This document shows positions 16,371 through 18,573 of a stretch of 18,573 nt of DNA, one piece after another. Source of the stretch: Oligoflexales bacterium (lineage in GTDB: Bacteria > Bdellovibrionota_B > Oligoflexia > Oligoflexales > RGVZ01); assembly GCA_044236265.1 (NCBI GenBank), contig JBIIGV010000057.1:1-18573 (forward strand), read 5' to 3'. The notes under the pieces were generated by a model that was given only the letters and a program-made list of their open reading frames with translations, was not told the DNA's origin and searched no databases. The position numbers were made by a program, and so were the translations under genes. Each line of letters opens with the position of its first letter. Position 1 is the first letter of the stretch.

Positions 16371-18020
16371 ATGACCAACGGCAAACGTTACAAACACTGG
16401 ATTTCCCAGTCAACTCAGACACCTTCGTCATTTCCGGACGTGGCATCCATCGTGCGGAAAAGTCGAGGATTCGAAGCTGTCGACAAGCTGGACTACGGCG
16501 ATCATGGACTGCATGCCGTTCTTGACGCCATCAGTGAGGCTATTGAATCCAACAAGCGAATAGCTCTTTACGCTGACTACGATGTCGACGGGACCATGTC
16601 GTGCGTCTCCTGGATCTGGTTTTTAGAGTCCATTGGTTACAAAAATTTTGTTCACTACATCCCATGCAGATTTAAAGAAGGTTACGGCGTCAACCTGAGC
16701 GCAATTAAACACCTGGTTGAAACGGAGCGCGCCGATCTGATTATCACCATGGATACGGGAATCACCGCAAACACGGAAGCCACATGGTGCAAAGAAAGAG
16801 GTGTAACATTCATCTGTACGGACCATCATAAGATCCAACCAGAGAAAATGCCTGACTGTCTGATCCTTAATCCCAAAACACATCCGAATTCGATGTATCA
16901 AGAACTCTGCGGCTGTGGAATTACGTTTGTACTCCTTCGAAAACTCGCACAGCATTTTCCACAACTTTCAACCCAAGCTCCGGTATGGACGGATATCCTC
17001 GCGCTGACGGGCATGGCGACGATATGTGACGTTGTTCCCCTCAATGGCGTGAATCACAAGCTAGCCAAGTACGGCGTTGACGCCCTCATGCGCAGTCGCC
17101 GTCCTGTTCTGGAGAAGCTGCGTGCAGCTGCAAGTGTGGATGACGCTGACGAAAAAGACATTGGCTTTAAGTTAGGTCCAAGGATTAACGCTGTTGGTCG
17201 CCTTGAGCATGCTGATCTGGTCGTGAAGGCTTTTATTGATGAAGATCCCGCACCTCTGATCGCATTTATGGGAACGGCCAATGAGCGACGCCGACAAATA
17301 CAGTCAGGCATAATAAATGAGGCTAGAGAAGCTGCCTCGCAACACCAGGACAATCACATTTTGTTTCTGGGAGGAGACTGGCATCCAGGAGTTGTGGGAA
17401 TCGCCGCGAGCAAAATCACTGAAGAAAACTGGCGACCGACCTGGCTATTCCAAAGGAAAGACGGCCTATGCAAGGGATCTGCTAGAAGCATCAAAGGTTT
17501 CGACGTCACAGACGCCATGACCTCTTGCAAGGAGCTCTTTCTGAAGTTTGGCGGCCACGCAGCGGCCGGAGGATTCACGTTTGAAGAAAAAAATGAAAAC
17601 GAGATTCGCGATCGTCTCAATGCCTATGCCGAAGCTCAGCGCCTGAAAAATCCTGCCATTTGGGAAAGCAAGATTGCTTATGACTGTGAGTTACCGGAAC
17701 ACCTTATTAACCTAAAAATCATGAACTTGATGGATGAACTAAAGCCATTTGGACACGCTTTCGAAGAGCCAAAGTTTAGACTTAATGTTCCGGTCAAACG
17801 CGTCAACTACTTTTATGACAAAGTTACTGGCAAAGCAAAACACACATGCATTATCGCCGATGTTGGTGGGCAAGAGCAGAAAATCTTGTTTTTTAACGAC
17901 GTGGTGAAAGAAATCACGCCTGGAGTACCCCACTCATTTATCGTCAGTTTCGATCGCAATACATTTCGGGGTGTTACAAGTCTCTCAATTATGGGACATG
18001 ACTGGATGGGCCTTGGATAG
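16371..18020 (+). CDS. recJ: Single-stranded-DNA-specific exonuclease RecJ
   Basis: YADYDVDG, YIP.RF.EGYG, IITMDTG, CTDHH, TICDVVPL, GPRINAVGRL, HPGVVGIAAS, GSARS, FGGHAAAGG, LKPFG. Confidence 0.95.
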   Translation: MTNGKRYKHWISQSTQTPSSFPDVASIVRKSRGFEAVDKLDYGDHGLHAVLDAISEAIESNKRIALYADYDVDGTMSCVSWIWFLESIGYKNFVHYIPCRFKEGYGVNLSAIKHLVETERADLIITMDTGITANTEATWCKERGVTFICTDHHKIQPEKMPDCLILNPKTHPNSMYQELCGCGITFVLLRKLAQHFPQLSTQAPVWTDILALTGMATICDVVPLNGVNHKLAKYGVDALMRSRRPVLEKLRAAASVDDADEKDIGFKLGPRINAVGRLEHADLVVKAFIDEDPAPLIAFMGTANERRRQIQSGIINEAREAASQHQDNHILFLGGDWHPGVVGIAASKITEENWRPTWLFQRKDGLCKGSARSIKGFDVTDAMTSCKELFLKFGGHAAAGGFTFEEKNENEIRDRLNAYAEAQRLKNPAIWESKIAYDCELPEHLINLKIMNLMDELKPFGHAFEEPKFRLNVPVKRVNYFYDKVTGKAKHTCIIADVGGQEQKILFFNDVVKEITPGVPHSFIVSFDRNTFRGVTSLSIMGHDWMGLG

Positions 18021-18025
18021 ACGCC

Positions 18026-18573
18026 ATGTCTCAAATTGAAATCGAAAGCAAATCTAGCCACAGCCCCTCGACTAACTCGGAGGTCCAAGGCCGTTGGGTG
18101 AAGCTTCCGGAAAAATATCTGCGCGATCCAACGCTTATTTTGATTCTGGTTGCCTATGCGATCATCATCCAGCTTTTTTACACAACTGACTTCCGCAAAT
18201 CTCTCGAAAACTTTTTTTTCGATATACGCATAAAATGGATGCCACCTACAACCACAACCCCGAACGTCTTCGTTATCAAAATCGATGATGATAGCATAGA
18301 GAGGCTCACCAAGGACCCTCTAAGACTGCGAATCGATGGCCAGCGTCGACCCTATTTACCAACCGCTCTCCTCACCAAGGCCACAAGCATTTTGGCCAAT
18401 ACAGAAGCACGAGCCATTGCCCTGCTCATGCCAGAGAATGCCTTCCCCGCAACTGACATCGACCTGAATGAACTAACTCTTATCGGCAAATATGATAAGC
18501 GTATCGTTTTCGGAACTGTCGGATATAATCAGACTCAGCCCAATCTAGCAAAGTTACCCCCAGCCTTTTCAAC
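18026..18573 (+). CDS. 3'-truncated membrane-anchored CHASE2-domain sensor protein (absent from the ORF track)
   Basis: My translation from ATG 18026: MSQIEIES...TLILILVAYAIIIQLFY (TM) TTDFRKSLENFFFDIRIKW...NVFVIKIDDDSIERL..., open to the window end. LE..F.D.R and V..I.IDD.S are CHASE2 N-terminal hallmarks. Confidence 0.72.
   Translation, partial: MSQIEIESKSSHSPSTNSEVQGRWVKLPEKYLRDPTLILILVAYAIIIQLFYTTDFRKSLENFFFDIRIKWMPPTTTTPNVFVIKIDDDSIERLTKDPLRLRIDGQRRPYLPTALLTKATSILANTEARAIALLMPENAFPATDIDLNELTLIGKYDKRIVFGTVGYNQTQPNLAKLPPAFS

Noticed and set aside
397..18088. Numerous short overlapping or antisense ORFs in the track
   Set aside because: They are shadow frames of well-supported genes, with no motifs or RBS support.

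Overview
Gene-dense bacterial chromosomal window, probably Bdellovibrionota/Oligoflexia-like. This taxonomy is inferred from a Bd3614-type deaminase, many lipoproteins and sigma54 promoters. Housekeeping blocks (trxB-mrp/apbC-DUF971; thyA-folA; yebC, recJ) flank accessory genes. The most notable element is a kinase-less signalling cluster at ~7.9-12.1 kb. It encodes a pseudo-receiver/GAF-like protein, a stand-alone receiver, an NtrC-family sigma54 activator, a free Hpt protein and an HPF/RaiA-like factor with an atypical tail. I read three sigma54 -24/-12 promoters in it, a set of TGTATC-N5-GATACA palindromic boxes, and an unannotated 38-aa hydrophobic ORF translationally coupled to the receiver gene. 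Other accessory genes: an HCF101-like Mrp with DUF971 split into a separate gene, a lipoprotein caspase-family protease divergent from the Bd3614-type deaminase, a DUF3050 protein between a putative beta-barrel and a lipoprotein whose RBS is in a hairpin, and an apparently exported ParB-like protein. No rRNA, tRNA, CRISPR array or mobile element was recognised. All family calls come from motif recognition by eye, not database searches.
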